Source: Clostridia bacterium (GTDB lineage Bacteria > Bacillota > Clostridia > Oscillospirales > CAG-272). Taken from it: a stretch of DNA of 64,000 nucleotides. The stretch covers positions 9,504 to 73,503 of the forward strand of contig JAFQDK010000041.1 in assembly GCA_017399305.1 (NCBI GenBank). The letters run 5' to 3'. Position 1 is the stretch's first letter; each line of letters opens with the position of its first letter. Of this stretch, positions 16,947 to 25,901 are shown piece by piece. The notes under the pieces are model-generated. The model saw only the letters and a program-made list of their open reading frames with translations, searched no databases and was not told the DNA's origin. Made by a program: the position numbers and the translations under genes.

Positions 16947-18313
16947 TTCTTTCGGTCAACAAGCCAACCGACAAGCATAAATATTGCAAACGTAAGCAGA
17001 TAGTAAACTACTCCGCTGTGTGACGATGCAGCCGCATATACCATAAAGATACTGCCGGCAACCGCCAATATCGGGATGACAAAGCGTTTTACAATGCCAA
17101 ATTCCTTGCTCTGCTTCATAAAACTGATATAAATAGGAATATAGAACGCATAAAGCGTAATTATCGGAAGTTCTGACGAATCAAATCCAAATGGCCCAAG
17201 CAATCCTATGAGCTGTGAAGCATAGAAATGCAGAAACCAGAAAGTAGCAAAAAGCAGACCGCTGACAGACGATGCAATAGGCATATTTGTCTTTTCATCA
17301 ATGCGGGAGAACACCTTTGGGCAAGGGCCGGTGCCGCGCGCCGCCAATGCATACATCGTTCTTGTAGATGCAAGCATAAGTCCGTTAAGTGTTCCAAGGC
17401 ATGACAAAGCAACAAAAAGCTTGAGTATAGTGCCGAATCTGCCGCCAAAAATATTTGTAAATGCCTTGCCGGTGCCTATCTTCTCGTTTGCGAGATCACC
17501 GACGGTGGCACCGCCAGCAACACCTATGTTATATAACACACAAATCGCAACAACAATAAGCGATCCAATGGTCAACGCAAGGGGAAGATTGCGCTTTGCA
17601 TTCTTGATCTCTGCATTGATACTGGTTGCAATTATCCAGCCGTCATACGCAAACGCAGTTGCGGTAAGAGCGCCAAAGAACAGCATCAATCTGCTCTCGG
17701 ATTTTATCGACTCCACTGCAAAATTCTCAACTAAAGTTCCGTTTGAAAGACCTACGATAATACCCACAACACCCATAAGAATAAGGGGAATAAGCTTGAT
17801 GACGGTAACCGAAACCTGAAATTTTCCCGCAAGCTTAGGCGAAAGAACATTGAGAAAATATGTTGCAATCAGATACACAAGAGTAAGCAGGATGCACCAA
17901 AGCCCAACCATAGAGTTTATATTTGTTCCAACAGCAGAATTCAAAAACTCTATTGTATATCTTGCAGACAGCCATGCCAACACACCGGTGATAGATGGCA
18001 TATAGATAGTGGCTACGAACCATCCAACAAAGTATGCGTACCTTTTGCCGATCGTCTCCTCTGCATAGTCGACAATGCCGCTTACCTTTTCATACTTGGT
18101 TGCCATAAAGGAAAACGCAAGAGCGCAGAAAACCATGATAATTCCGCCGAATACCCAAGCAAGTATACCGGGAACAAGATCGCCGCCTGTTGCAGTCAAA
18201 ATAGTCTGTGCCTTGAAGAATACGCCGCTGCCTATTACTATGCCGACAACCATGGCGATAGCCGTAAACAGCCCATACTTTTTAGTGAGTTTCTGTTCCA
18301 TATTAGGCTCCAT
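16931..18313 (-). CDS. APC-superfamily amino-acid permease
   Basis: 460 aa, about 12 TM helices, with a 'GSGVFFK' motif near TM1. Confidence 0.85.
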   Translation of the reverse strand: MEPNMEQKLTKKYGLFTAIAMVVGIVIGSGVFFKAQTILTATGGDLVPGILAWVFGGIIMVFCALAFSFMATKYEKVSGIVDYAEETIGKRYAYFVGWFVATIYMPSITGVLAWLSARYTIEFLNSAVGTNINSMVGLWCILLTLVYLIATYFLNVLSPKLAGKFQVSVTVIKLIPLILMGVVGIIVGLSNGTLVENFAVESIKSESRLMLFFGALTATAFAYDGWIIATSINAEIKNAKRNLPLALTIGSLIVVAICVLYNIGVAGGATVGDLANEKIGTGKAFTNIFGGRFGTILKLFVALSCLGTLNGLMLASTRTMYALAARGTGPCPKVFSRIDEKTNMPIASSVSGLLFATFWFLHFYASQLIGLLGPFGFDSSELPIITLYAFYIPIYISFMKQSKEFGIVKRFVIPILAVAGSIFMVYAAASSHSGVVYYLLTFAIFMLVGWLVDRKNKKAA

Positions 18314-18380
18314 TTCTTATTAGTGACTATAGTATAGCATATATAGAAAAAAAAAGCAACCTGCATAGCAGGTCGCCTTT

Positions 18381-19430
18381 TTAAAGCAGTTCAAGTCCGT
18401 CTTTATCCGGCATTGTGCCGCTCACATCATAAACACGGTCAAGATAGAAATATGCGACCGATGAAATATCGTCTTGAAGCGGAAGATACCTTCCCTCAGT
18501 GCGCCAACCGAGTGCCTGAATGGTAACGCGCAGGTCGCTGTTAAAACGGATAGGATCCTTTATATGCCAGCGGTAAAGCGAGAAACGGCGGTTGGACTTA
18601 TACGCTTCGTCCGTAGGAGAAATCCAGAGTCCGGAATATGCGGTGGAAAACGGCGTATACTTACCGCCTATGTCAAAATTCCATGCGCCGCAAAAATAAT
18701 CCTCTGTGCCTGTGCCGCAAATTGTGGGGAAATCCTTATCGCCGTCCATATAGAACTTTATCTCTCCTTCGCCCCACCAGCCATTGTTGTTAACGCCCCA
18801 ATACATATATGTGCCTACATAGTGTCCCTTACCTTTTACACCGTCAAGAATTGTATAGACCTCCTTATATGGAAGCGGATTTGTGCGGTTGAACTGTGCG
18901 TGGAAATATGCACTGCCCCGAGGTAGCGCGCCAAGTTGATAATCTATCTGATAATAAAGAGTTACTTCTTCATTAAAGAGATTTTCCATAGTTATCTTGA
19001 ATCCCTTTTTGAACGGCATCTGCCAGTAGCAGTTAAACGCACGTTTTGGATTTACACACACCATAAGCGAATTGATAAGAGGTGCATTCTGATAATCGGT
19101 TGCCGCAAAAAAATCGCACGAAGGAACTTCAACCGATGGTGTGTCAGAGCCATCCCAGTACATACGCAGTATCATACGACGGTTTTTCTTGCAGGTATCT
19201 GTCATCCATATATGGGTTATCATTCCCTCTCCACTGACATCCGCAAGAGTGATGGTCTCACCGGCGGGTATTCTTATAGAAGGAGACACTTTCCAACCGA
19301 TACCGAGTTCGCGCGCAGCATTTGCTCCTGTTCCCTCGGTTGCCATGCCAGCTTTACCTTTTTCACCGGTAAAATTCTCAGCACTTATGGAGCGTGTCTC
19401 AAAATGTGATAGCATAAATAAATCGTCCAT
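18381..19430 (-). CDS. DUF2961 / GH172-family glycoside hydrolase (intracellular, single domain)
   Basis: 'WWGEGEIKFYMDGDKDFPTICGTGTEDYF' is the DUF2961 signature. No signal peptide. GGAGGG RBS. Confidence 0.8.
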   Translation of the reverse strand: MDDLFMLSHFETRSISAENFTGEKGKAGMATEGTGANAARELGIGWKVSPSIRIPAGETITLADVSGEGMITHIWMTDTCKKNRRMILRMYWDGSDTPSVEVPSCDFFAATDYQNAPLINSLMVCVNPKRAFNCYWQMPFKKGFKITMENLFNEEVTLYYQIDYQLGALPRGSAYFHAQFNRTNPLPYKEVYTILDGVKGKGHYVGTYMYWGVNNNGWWGEGEIKFYMDGDKDFPTICGTGTEDYFCGAWNFDIGGKYTPFSTAYSGLWISPTDEAYKSNRRFSLYRWHIKDPIRFNSDLRVTIQALGWRTEGRYLPLQDDISSVAYFYLDRVYDVSGTMPDKDGLELL

Positions 19431-19479
19431 AGTTTTTGCCCTCCTGTATATATGTTAACAGTTTTTGCTGCGTTTGAAA

Positions 19480-19492
19480 ATTGCAACTATTG
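19480..19492 (+). promoter_or_regulatory. Candidate regulator site ATTGCAACTATTG in the GH172/AraC divergent region
   Basis: 12 of 13 nt identical to ATTGCAACAATTG (minus strand, 23730->23718). The related ATTTATTGCA occurs at 19517-19526. Confidence 0.35.
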
Positions 19493-19544
19493 ACTTTTTT
19501 TAAGATTTGATTTAACATTTATTGCAGAGGGTAGGTGAAAAAAC

Positions 19545-20405
19545 GTGAATATCAATGAAATATCCCCATATGTGCGAAGGGCAATGCACTCGCAGATGAA
19601 TTCAGGCTTCCTTATAGGGCAAAGAGTGATTTTCGACTATGAAATAATTCACATTGCCTACGGAAAAATGCGGATCAATATCGGAAACAAAGACTACATC
19701 TGTCAAAAAGGAGACATAATACTTCTCCGCCCCGGTATTCCTCACACGCTTTCTTCGGTTGACGACATAGCAGTATCACAGCCTCATATCCATTTTGATG
19801 TTACATACGATGAGCACAGCGAAAAGGTGTATATAACCTTCAAAGACATTGACAAATTTACAGACGAAGAAAAAACATGGATAAGAAAAGATATTTTTGA
19901 GGATATGGCTCTCTGTCCGATAATAAAAATATCCGACCAATCAAAATTTTTAAAAACCTTTTACGAGGTTATTGATGTTTTCTATAAAAAAACGGATGTA
20001 TACCAGCTCTCCTGCAAAGCAAAAATGATAGAGCTGATTGAAACAATAATCAAGGACAATGCCGTTATTCACGAAAAGCCGCAGGCGGACATTGCCCTGC
20101 CCGAACTTATACGCCACTATATTGATTACAGCTTTAAAAATGTGATAACGCTTGATTCTCTTGAAAAGCAGTTCAATTACAGCAAATTCCATATCGGACG
20201 TGTGTTTTTTGACCATGTAGGTACTACCGTAATCAAGTATTACAATGAAAAACGCGTAAAATACGCAAAAGCAATGCTATCCTCCGGCGCATCGGTATCC
20301 GAAGTGGTCGAGGAGCTTAATTTCAGCTCAATATACGCATTCAGCCGTTATTTTAAAACCGCTGTCGGCTGTTCACCAAGCGAGTATAGGAAGATAAAAA
20401 AATAA
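19545..20405 (+). CDS. AraC/XylS-family transcriptional regulator (cupin sensor plus HTH)
   Basis: N-terminal cupin-like 'GDIILLRPGIPH'. The C-terminal double HTH 'FSSIYAFSRYFKTAVGCSPSEYR' is AraC-typical. Confidence 0.85.
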   Translation: MNINEISPYVRRAMHSQMNSGFLIGQRVIFDYEIIHIAYGKMRINIGNKDYICQKGDIILLRPGIPHTLSSVDDIAVSQPHIHFDVTYDEHSEKVYITFKDIDKFTDEEKTWIRKDIFEDMALCPIIKISDQSKFLKTFYEVIDVFYKKTDVYQLSCKAKMIELIETIIKDNAVIHEKPQADIALPELIRHYIDYSFKNVITLDSLEKQFNYSKFHIGRVFFDHVGTTVIKYYNEKRVKYAKAMLSSGASVSEVVEELNFSSIYAFSRYFKTAVGCSPSEYRKIKK

Positions 20406-20431
20406 GAACCCCGAGGGGTTCTTATTTTTTA
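20402..20431. terminator. Bidirectional terminator
   Basis: AAGAACCC-cgag-GGGTTCTT followed by a T-run. Confidence 0.7.
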
Positions 20432-23400
20432 TTAAGTCAGCTTAATATAGTCAATGCCTACATAATGCTTTGTCGCTGATGCGTTTTTACCTGTAATCTT
20501 AAACTCTATGGTATTACTTCCCGCATTCAGCGTAGCAGAACCAAAGGCTGCGGTCATATGAGTAACACTTGCACTGTAGCCGTCAAAGGTGCCAACCTTT
20601 GTACCGTTTATATACAGGTCGATAATACCGTAATCCTTTGCAGCGGTAAAACCGCCGCTGATATTATACGTTCCCGCTTTTGATACTGAAACCGTGGTGG
20701 TAAGCGTGTTGTCAGCTGCAGAAACTGTCCAGAAAAGCTGACCTCCGCCACTCCAGCCGTCGCCCCACGCAGACATGGTCTGTGAACGTGTCGAGCCTGA
20801 GGTAACACTTGCATTTGCCAGTAAATCGGTTTCTCCCTCAAAAAGATATGTGCCCTCAACCTCAGTGAACTTAATATAGTCAAGTCCGGATTGATAACCT
20901 GTCGATGAAGCGTTCTTTCCAACGGTTTTTATAACTATCTTATTGTCGCCCGCCTTCATTGTAACCTTGCCGACATTTTTAGTTGTATATCCGACACTTG
21001 CAGAGTACAAATCAAGAGTACTTCCTACCTTTGTGCCGTTGACGTATATATCGACCTTACCGTAATTCTTTGCAGTAGTAAAGCCGCCGAGAACATTATA
21101 GTCGCCTGCCTTTTCAACGTGCGCATAAACTGTCATAGTTGCGTCAGTAGCGCCCGCCGTCCAGTAAAGCTGCTCGCCGCCGCTCCAGCTATCACCATAG
21201 CTTGTCATAATCTGCTTACGTGCGCTGCCCGAGGTAACGCTTGCCAGAATAAGAAGATCCTCTCCCTCGTAGGTAAACTCCTTAGCTCCGCTCTGCTTTG
21301 CATTGATGCGATGCACATTAGTATACTGTGAAAGGTCAACAGACGATGTTTTGTTGTATTTCGAAACAGGAACAACGATTACAAAGTCAACGCCGAAATT
21401 CTGTGCACGCGCACTTGCGTTCTTGCCTGCAACAGTAAACGCTATTGTATTTGTAAATCCCTTGGTAAGCGTAACCTCGCCTAGCTCATACAATACGTCT
21501 GCACTAACAGTTGGGCTATACAAATCCACCGGGGCACCGACATTGGCACCGTTAACCGAGGTCTGAACAATGCCGTATCCCGTAGCCTTGGTAAAGGAAG
21601 CAAGAAGCATATACTTTCCGTCTGCCTCCGCAGGGAGAATAAGCTCTATAGAATCGCCAACTGCACCGCCGTTGCAGGTAAGCTGTACCACATTACTCCA
21701 CGATGAGCCGAAGGCAATCATGTTCTGCTCATAGCTTGTCAGGCTTCCGCTACGCGAAAGCACGTAAAGCTGCTCCGCTTCTGTAAAGTTGCTGCTATAT
21801 GCGTTTCCATCGGGGACGAAATAGGACATAATTTCTTCGTCCGTATATGTTTCTCTGTTTGTGGTGCCGTTTTTGTCAAGATAGAAATGGCTTGTATATC
21901 CTACCGACGTATAGTCGTCAGCGTAATACTTTTCAAGATAGCCGTCAAAGCTGCTTGTAAACGGAACACTGTCATGCATCATAATACGTGTCATTACACG
22001 GTTGCCTTTATACGAGCTTCTTCCCTCACAGTATGCCTGCGAGTGATAAGCACGTGAAAAGATTTGGTCAGAGCACCATGCATATCCGAAAAAGTCCTCG
22101 GTTCCCGTACCGTACCACGACGGGAATTTTTCGCCGTCTACAAAGAACTTTTCGTCGCCCTCGCCCCACCAAAGATTTCCGAGACCGCTCTTCGGGTCGG
22201 TGCAGTCGATAAGCTGGTCCATATGAAGTGTAAGACCTACAAGTCTACCCTCGCCCTCTGCATAGAGGAAGCGGTGGTCGGGCCAGCGGTTTTTGTTCTC
22301 CGCATATTCACCGAGCGAGAACTGTGAATTATAATACAGCATACTATCTTTGTTTACTGTATTATCAACCGTGTTGACCGAAACCGAAATATTTGCGGTA
22401 ATGCCGTCTTTAGCACTTATTTCAATCTTTGCGCCTTCAAGATACGGCATATAGAAGTAGTTGTAGAGTGTTCTGTCGTCACGCACGCCGAGCAAAAGCG
22501 TTTGAATTTCATCAAAGCCATACGAGCTACCGAAAAAATCGCCAAGCGGTACATCTACCGACGGCTCGCTCTCGCCGTCCCAATAAATACGGATATGAAG
22601 TCCCTTGAGAACTTCAATAGCTTCAAGAGCAGTTGCAGGCAAGGCATTGTCTATAGAATTAATGCGGACAAGCAGACCACTTATTGCGCCGGCACCTGAA
22701 AACTCCTTTATTACAGGAGATGCCGAGGAAACGTTGTGCTTTGTGAAAGCCGCATCGGCATATCCATCGGGATGTGTGCCGATTTTCGAGCCAAAGAAGG
22801 TATCTACCGCCGAGAGTGCCGCTTTCTGCTTAGTTGAAAATGTTTTAGGCATACTTTCGACAACCGTTCCCTCGGGGAACAAGGTATAGTTTACATGATA
22901 GTATTTACCCCAGCCCTCGGGATTTGTGGTTTCGTTATAGAATCCTCCGTACGCTACAATTCGGCAGGACTTTGCAAAGGTAATTGGCACATAGGTATTC
23001 TTGCCGCGCGCCGCATCCTCATAAACAAGGTTTTCGTACGTGAAAGGTGCCGCTGTGCGGTTGAAAAAGTCCTCAAATTCAAGGTCGATAATCGGAGTAG
23101 TTGCACCGTCAATATAAATTTTTATATGTCCAGTCCCTGCAGTAGCCGACCAGATACGTGAAATATATCCTGCGCCCTCTATATCGGCAACAAGGTGTCC
23201 GCCGTCGTCGGTCTCGGGTATTTGCGTACCGCCGTCAAGGTTGGAGTTCCAGTTTTTATACACGCCGTTTTCATATACAGACGTACGGCTGTATGAAGTA
23301 AACTCGGCACTTTTCTCACCGCTGTACCCCTCGGCAAGAATACGCGTATCGGTCATTCTCTCTACAATATCAACGTAAGAATACGTACTGTAGAGATTAC

Positions 23401-23647
23401 CGCCCTCGCCGTTTACAACACATTTTAAAACGAGAATAGCATCAACGATAGTCACTTCACCGTCTCTGTTTGCATCTGCACTCTCGTTATATGTATCCGA
23501 AACAGTGGCTCTCATTATACGAACGATGTCAGCAAGACTTACCTCGCCGTCACCTGTTGCATCATACTCCTTTGGAGCAGCAAATACACCAAGTACAAGC
23601 ACAAGAGCAAGCAGACTGCATGTTAACAAATATTTCAACCTTGACAT
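20432..23647 (-). CDS. Secreted multidomain protein: N-terminal dockerin, DUF2961/GH172 domain, three C-terminal approx. 141-aa beta-sandwich-like modules
   Basis: Signal peptide from the ATG at 23647 (GGAG RBS). Dockerin 'DATGDGEVSLADIV...DANRDGEVTIVDAIL'. GH172 signature 'WWGEGDEKFFVDGEKFPSWYGTGTEDFF'. Three tandem homologous modules follow. Confidence 0.8.
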   Translation of the reverse strand: MSRLKYLLTCSLLALVLVLGVFAAPKEYDATGDGEVSLADIVRIMRATVSDTYNESADANRDGEVTIVDAILVLKCVVNGEGGNLYSTYSYVDIVERMTDTRILAEGYSGEKSAEFTSYSRTSVYENGVYKNWNSNLDGGTQIPETDDGGHLVADIEGAGYISRIWSATAGTGHIKIYIDGATTPIIDLEFEDFFNRTAAPFTYENLVYEDAARGKNTYVPITFAKSCRIVAYGGFYNETTNPEGWGKYYHVNYTLFPEGTVVESMPKTFSTKQKAALSAVDTFFGSKIGTHPDGYADAAFTKHNVSSASPVIKEFSGAGAISGLLVRINSIDNALPATALEAIEVLKGLHIRIYWDGESEPSVDVPLGDFFGSSYGFDEIQTLLLGVRDDRTLYNYFYMPYLEGAKIEISAKDGITANISVSVNTVDNTVNKDSMLYYNSQFSLGEYAENKNRWPDHRFLYAEGEGRLVGLTLHMDQLIDCTDPKSGLGNLWWGEGDEKFFVDGEKFPSWYGTGTEDFFGYAWCSDQIFSRAYHSQAYCEGRSSYKGNRVMTRIMMHDSVPFTSSFDGYLEKYYADDYTSVGYTSHFYLDKNGTTNRETYTDEEIMSYFVPDGNAYSSNFTEAEQLYVLSRSGSLTSYEQNMIAFGSSWSNVVQLTCNGGAVGDSIELILPAEADGKYMLLASFTKATGYGIVQTSVNGANVGAPVDLYSPTVSADVLYELGEVTLTKGFTNTIAFTVAGKNASARAQNFGVDFVIVVPVSKYNKTSSVDLSQYTNVHRINAKQSGAKEFTYEGEDLLILASVTSGSARKQIMTSYGDSWSGGEQLYWTAGATDATMTVYAHVEKAGDYNVLGGFTTAKNYGKVDIYVNGTKVGSTLDLYSASVGYTTKNVGKVTMKAGDNKIVIKTVGKNASSTGYQSGLDYIKFTEVEGTYLFEGETDLLANASVTSGSTRSQTMSAWGDGWSGGGQLFWTVSAADNTLTTTVSVSKAGTYNISGGFTAAKDYGIIDLYINGTKVGTFDGYSASVTHMTAAFGSATLNAGSNTIEFKITGKNASATKHYVGIDYIKLT
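20435..21790 (-). repeat. Three tandem approx. 141-aa protein modules (putative carbohydrate-binding modules)
   Basis: Modules at 21368-21790, 20858-21283 and 20435-20857 share '..SW(S/G)..QL.....G......V....AG.Y.....FT.AK.YG..D.Y.NG.KVG...D.YSASV.......G..T..AG.N.I..K..GKNAS....G.DYIK.T'. Confidence 0.75.
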
Positions 23648-23672
23648 TTTCAATTCTCCTTTGCATATTTTG

Positions 23673-23701
23673 ATTTTACAATTTAATAATAATTGCAGCA
23701 A
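23673..23701 (-). promoter_or_regulatory. Candidate promoter of the large GH172 gene
   Basis: Minus strand: TTGCTG (23701-23696), a 17-nt spacer, then TAAAAT (23678-23673). Confidence 0.4.
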
Positions 23702-23717
23702 GGTAAGCATTGAATAT

Positions 23718-23759
23718 CAATTGTTGCAATAAATTTAACAATTGTTGACATAAATCAAA
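23718..23759 (-). promoter_or_regulatory. Two exactly tandem 21-bp direct repeats upstream of the large GH172 gene (candidate AraC-type operator)
   Basis: CAATTGTTGCAATAAATTTAA (23718-23738) and CAATTGTTGACATAAATCAAA (23739-23759) match at 17 of 21 positions. They end 16 nt from the -35 box. Confidence 0.45.
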
Positions 23760-23784
23760 AAGAACCTCAAGAGAGGTTCTTTTT
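23757..23784 (-). terminator. Terminator of the radical SAM gene (overlaps its stop codon)
   Basis: AAAAAGAACCTC-tctt-GAGGTTCTTTTT on the minus strand, followed by GATTT. Confidence 0.6.
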
Positions 23785-24618
23785 AAATTTTTGCTTTGCG
23801 TATCCGCAACAGCAACAAAGCAGTTCTGCCGCTTTGCCATTAGTAAATCCGTCTATTATGTTCTTGGCGCGTGACGATACAAGAATATCATCAAAACTTT
23901 GCTCAAAAAGATTGCCAAGCGGGATATCGCCCTCATGGTCAAGACAACACGGGACTACTGTTCCGTCTGCGAGAACACCTATCTGATCGCGCAGGCCATA
24001 GCAAAACACATTATATCCACTATCCGGTGCCGCCATATCGGGCCAGTCAAACTTATCACCGTAGTCAAGATATGTTTTATCGGCGATGCGCGAACCGCGT
24101 GAGTTGTCACACCACGGTTTTGGGAAATACTTCTCCATTGTTTCAAGAATCATCTCATTTTTCGCTTCCGCGCCGCCGTGATTCCAAAGGCGGTATACAA
24201 CCAGTTTTTCACCGGTGGCCGCCTTGCCGAACTCAAAGCAACCATTAAGATATTCTTCAAAAGTAACCTTCAAATCATTAGCTTCAAACGCGTGCAGCGA
24301 TATATTGACCTTATGCAATGCCTTGGACGACAGCAAAACATCGCAATTCTCACTCAACAATGTCCCGTTGGTGGTTATGATGACCTTTAATCCGGCATCG
24401 CCTGCCATATCCAAAAAACTTTTCAGCTGGGGATGACAAAGCGGTTCTCCCATAAGATGAAAATATAGATAGTCTGTATACGGAACAATCTTCGGTAGCA
24501 GTGATGCAAACTCTTGCTCACTAAGAGCACGCGGTGCGCGCCTTGTACCCGGACAAAAGCGGCACGCAAGATTGCAAATATTTGATATTTCAAGATATAT
24601 TTTATTAAAACGCTTCAT
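23767..24618 (-). CDS. Radical SAM protein with a short SPASM/twitch-like Cys-rich C-terminus
   Basis: 'CNLACRFC' (CxxxCxxC) at aa 15-22. C-terminal cysteines 'FCYGL...VPCCLDHEGD...LLCCCCGYA'. Confidence 0.85.
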   Translation of the reverse strand: MKRFNKIYLEISNICNLACRFCPGTRRAPRALSEQEFASLLPKIVPYTDYLYFHLMGEPLCHPQLKSFLDMAGDAGLKVIITTNGTLLSENCDVLLSSKALHKVNISLHAFEANDLKVTFEEYLNGCFEFGKAATGEKLVVYRLWNHGGAEAKNEMILETMEKYFPKPWCDNSRGSRIADKTYLDYGDKFDWPDMAAPDSGYNVFCYGLRDQIGVLADGTVVPCCLDHEGDIPLGNLFEQSFDDILVSSRAKNIIDGFTNGKAAELLCCCCGYAKQKFKKNLS

Positions 24619-24713
24619 TTTTCACTCTCCATACCACTATTTTAAATGATATCCCCTGTGCTGTCAATATTCATAAATCACTACTTTTTGCACCCATTCA
24701 ATATTTTATACAA

Positions 24714-24742
24714 TTGACATTTATACAAATATTAAGTATAAT
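24714..24742 (+). promoter_or_regulatory. Consensus sigma-A promoter of the GH43 gene
   Basis: TTGACA (24714-24719), a 17-nt spacer, then TATAAT (24737-24742). Confidence 0.55.
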
Positions 24743-24785
24743 AATTGTATCTGTATATTTGTACATCCGAAAGGAGTTATTTAAT

Positions 24786-25694
24786 ATGAAGCTTAACATT
24801 AATATTCAGGGTAAAGCTCAACCCGATCCGTTTATCTTTGAGGACAACGGGAAATTTTACATATATGTTACCGCTAACGAAGGTGTTGAGGCATACAGCG
24901 CCGATGATATTTTCGGAGAGTGGAAACACGAAGGTGTTATCTGCTCTGTTGAGGGATGGAAATACTACTGGGCGCCATGTATCGCAAAAGTTGGCGAGAA
25001 GTATTATCTCTATTTTTCCTGCCAGACCAAGGATTGTTTCCAGTATCTTCACGCGGCCGAGGGCGATAGTCCGCTTGGCCCATTCACCAAGAAAAAGTGT
25101 CTGTTTGACCGTTTCTCAATAGATGCACATGTCGTAGAAACAAAAGCAGGTCTTTTCCTTTGGTACGCAGAGGATAACACCGATACCGACCGTGTAGGTA
25201 CGCGTGTTTTCGTTGACAAGCTTATCGACCCCATGACACCTGCAGGAATCCGTAAAGAAGTTATCGTTCCCTCCTTTGATGAAGAGATATTCAAGCGCAA
25301 TCGCTTTGGCGACGGAAAAGACTGGCACACACTTGAAGGGCCGTTCTGGTTCCGCGAAGGCGAATGGCAGTATGTAATGTTCAGTGGCGCTTGCTTTGAA
25401 AACGAAACATACCACATCGGTTATGCCGCAGCAAAGTCAGATGAGGAAGACCTCACTAAGGTTGATTTCGTAAAGCATACCGACAATGGCAAATGGGTTC
25501 CCACGATGATTAAAAATGATGTTGAAGAGGGTGTGGGTCACCACAGTGTCATTAAGCTCGGCGATCAGTATTATGCGGTTTACCATGGCAGAGATGTTGT
25601 GCGCGATCCTGCAGACAAGAGCGCAGAACGCCGCACCGCACGCATTTGCAAGCTCACTGTTAAAGACGGCATTATCACTGCTCACCAGAAATAA
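24786..25694 (+). CDS. GH43-family glycoside hydrolase (five-bladed propeller, intracellular)
   Basis: 'QPDPFIFEDNGKFYIY', 'YWAPCIAKVGEKYYLYFS', 'SIDAHVV', 'LEGPFWFREGEWQYVMFS' are the GH43 Asp/Asp/Glu blocks. The ATG at 24786 has an AGGAG RBS. Confidence 0.8.
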   Translation: MKLNINIQGKAQPDPFIFEDNGKFYIYVTANEGVEAYSADDIFGEWKHEGVICSVEGWKYYWAPCIAKVGEKYYLYFSCQTKDCFQYLHAAEGDSPLGPFTKKKCLFDRFSIDAHVVETKAGLFLWYAEDNTDTDRVGTRVFVDKLIDPMTPAGIRKEVIVPSFDEEIFKRNRFGDGKDWHTLEGPFWFREGEWQYVMFSGACFENETYHIGYAAAKSDEEDLTKVDFVKHTDNGKWVPTMIKNDVEEGVGHHSVIKLGDQYYAVYHGRDVVRDPADKSAERRTARICKLTVKDGIITAHQK

Positions 25695-25700
25695 ATATTC

Positions 25701-25731
25701 AGGAGCATCTTTATTCAGATGCTCCTTTTAT
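25701..25731 (+). terminator. Intrinsic terminator
   Basis: AGGAGCATCT-ttattc-AGATGCTCCT followed by TTTTA. Confidence 0.7.
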
Positions 25732-25815
25732 TCATTTAATATGCATTTTTATACATTTTTGGCGAATTTGACATATTAATATTGAATAAACTATCAATCT
25801 TTATTCAAAAAGCTA

Positions 25816-25844
25816 TTGACATAGCATTATCGCGGGTGTATAAT
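25816..25844 (+). promoter_or_regulatory. Consensus sigma-A promoter of the amino-acid ABC operon
   Basis: TTGACA (25816-25821), a 17-nt spacer, then TATAAT (25839-25844). Confidence 0.55.
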
Positions 25845-25901
25845 CATACCGATAAAATTCAAATGGGTGAAAAGCCCATACACAGAAAAGAGGAAAATAT
25901 C

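Noticed and set aside
24642-24674. A 10-aa mini-ORF (MNIDSTGDII) just upstream of the radical SAM gene, considered as a possible RiPP precursor.
   Set aside because: It has no RBS and no Cys/Ser/Thr-rich core. It is too short, and such ORFs arise by chance in AT-rich leaders.
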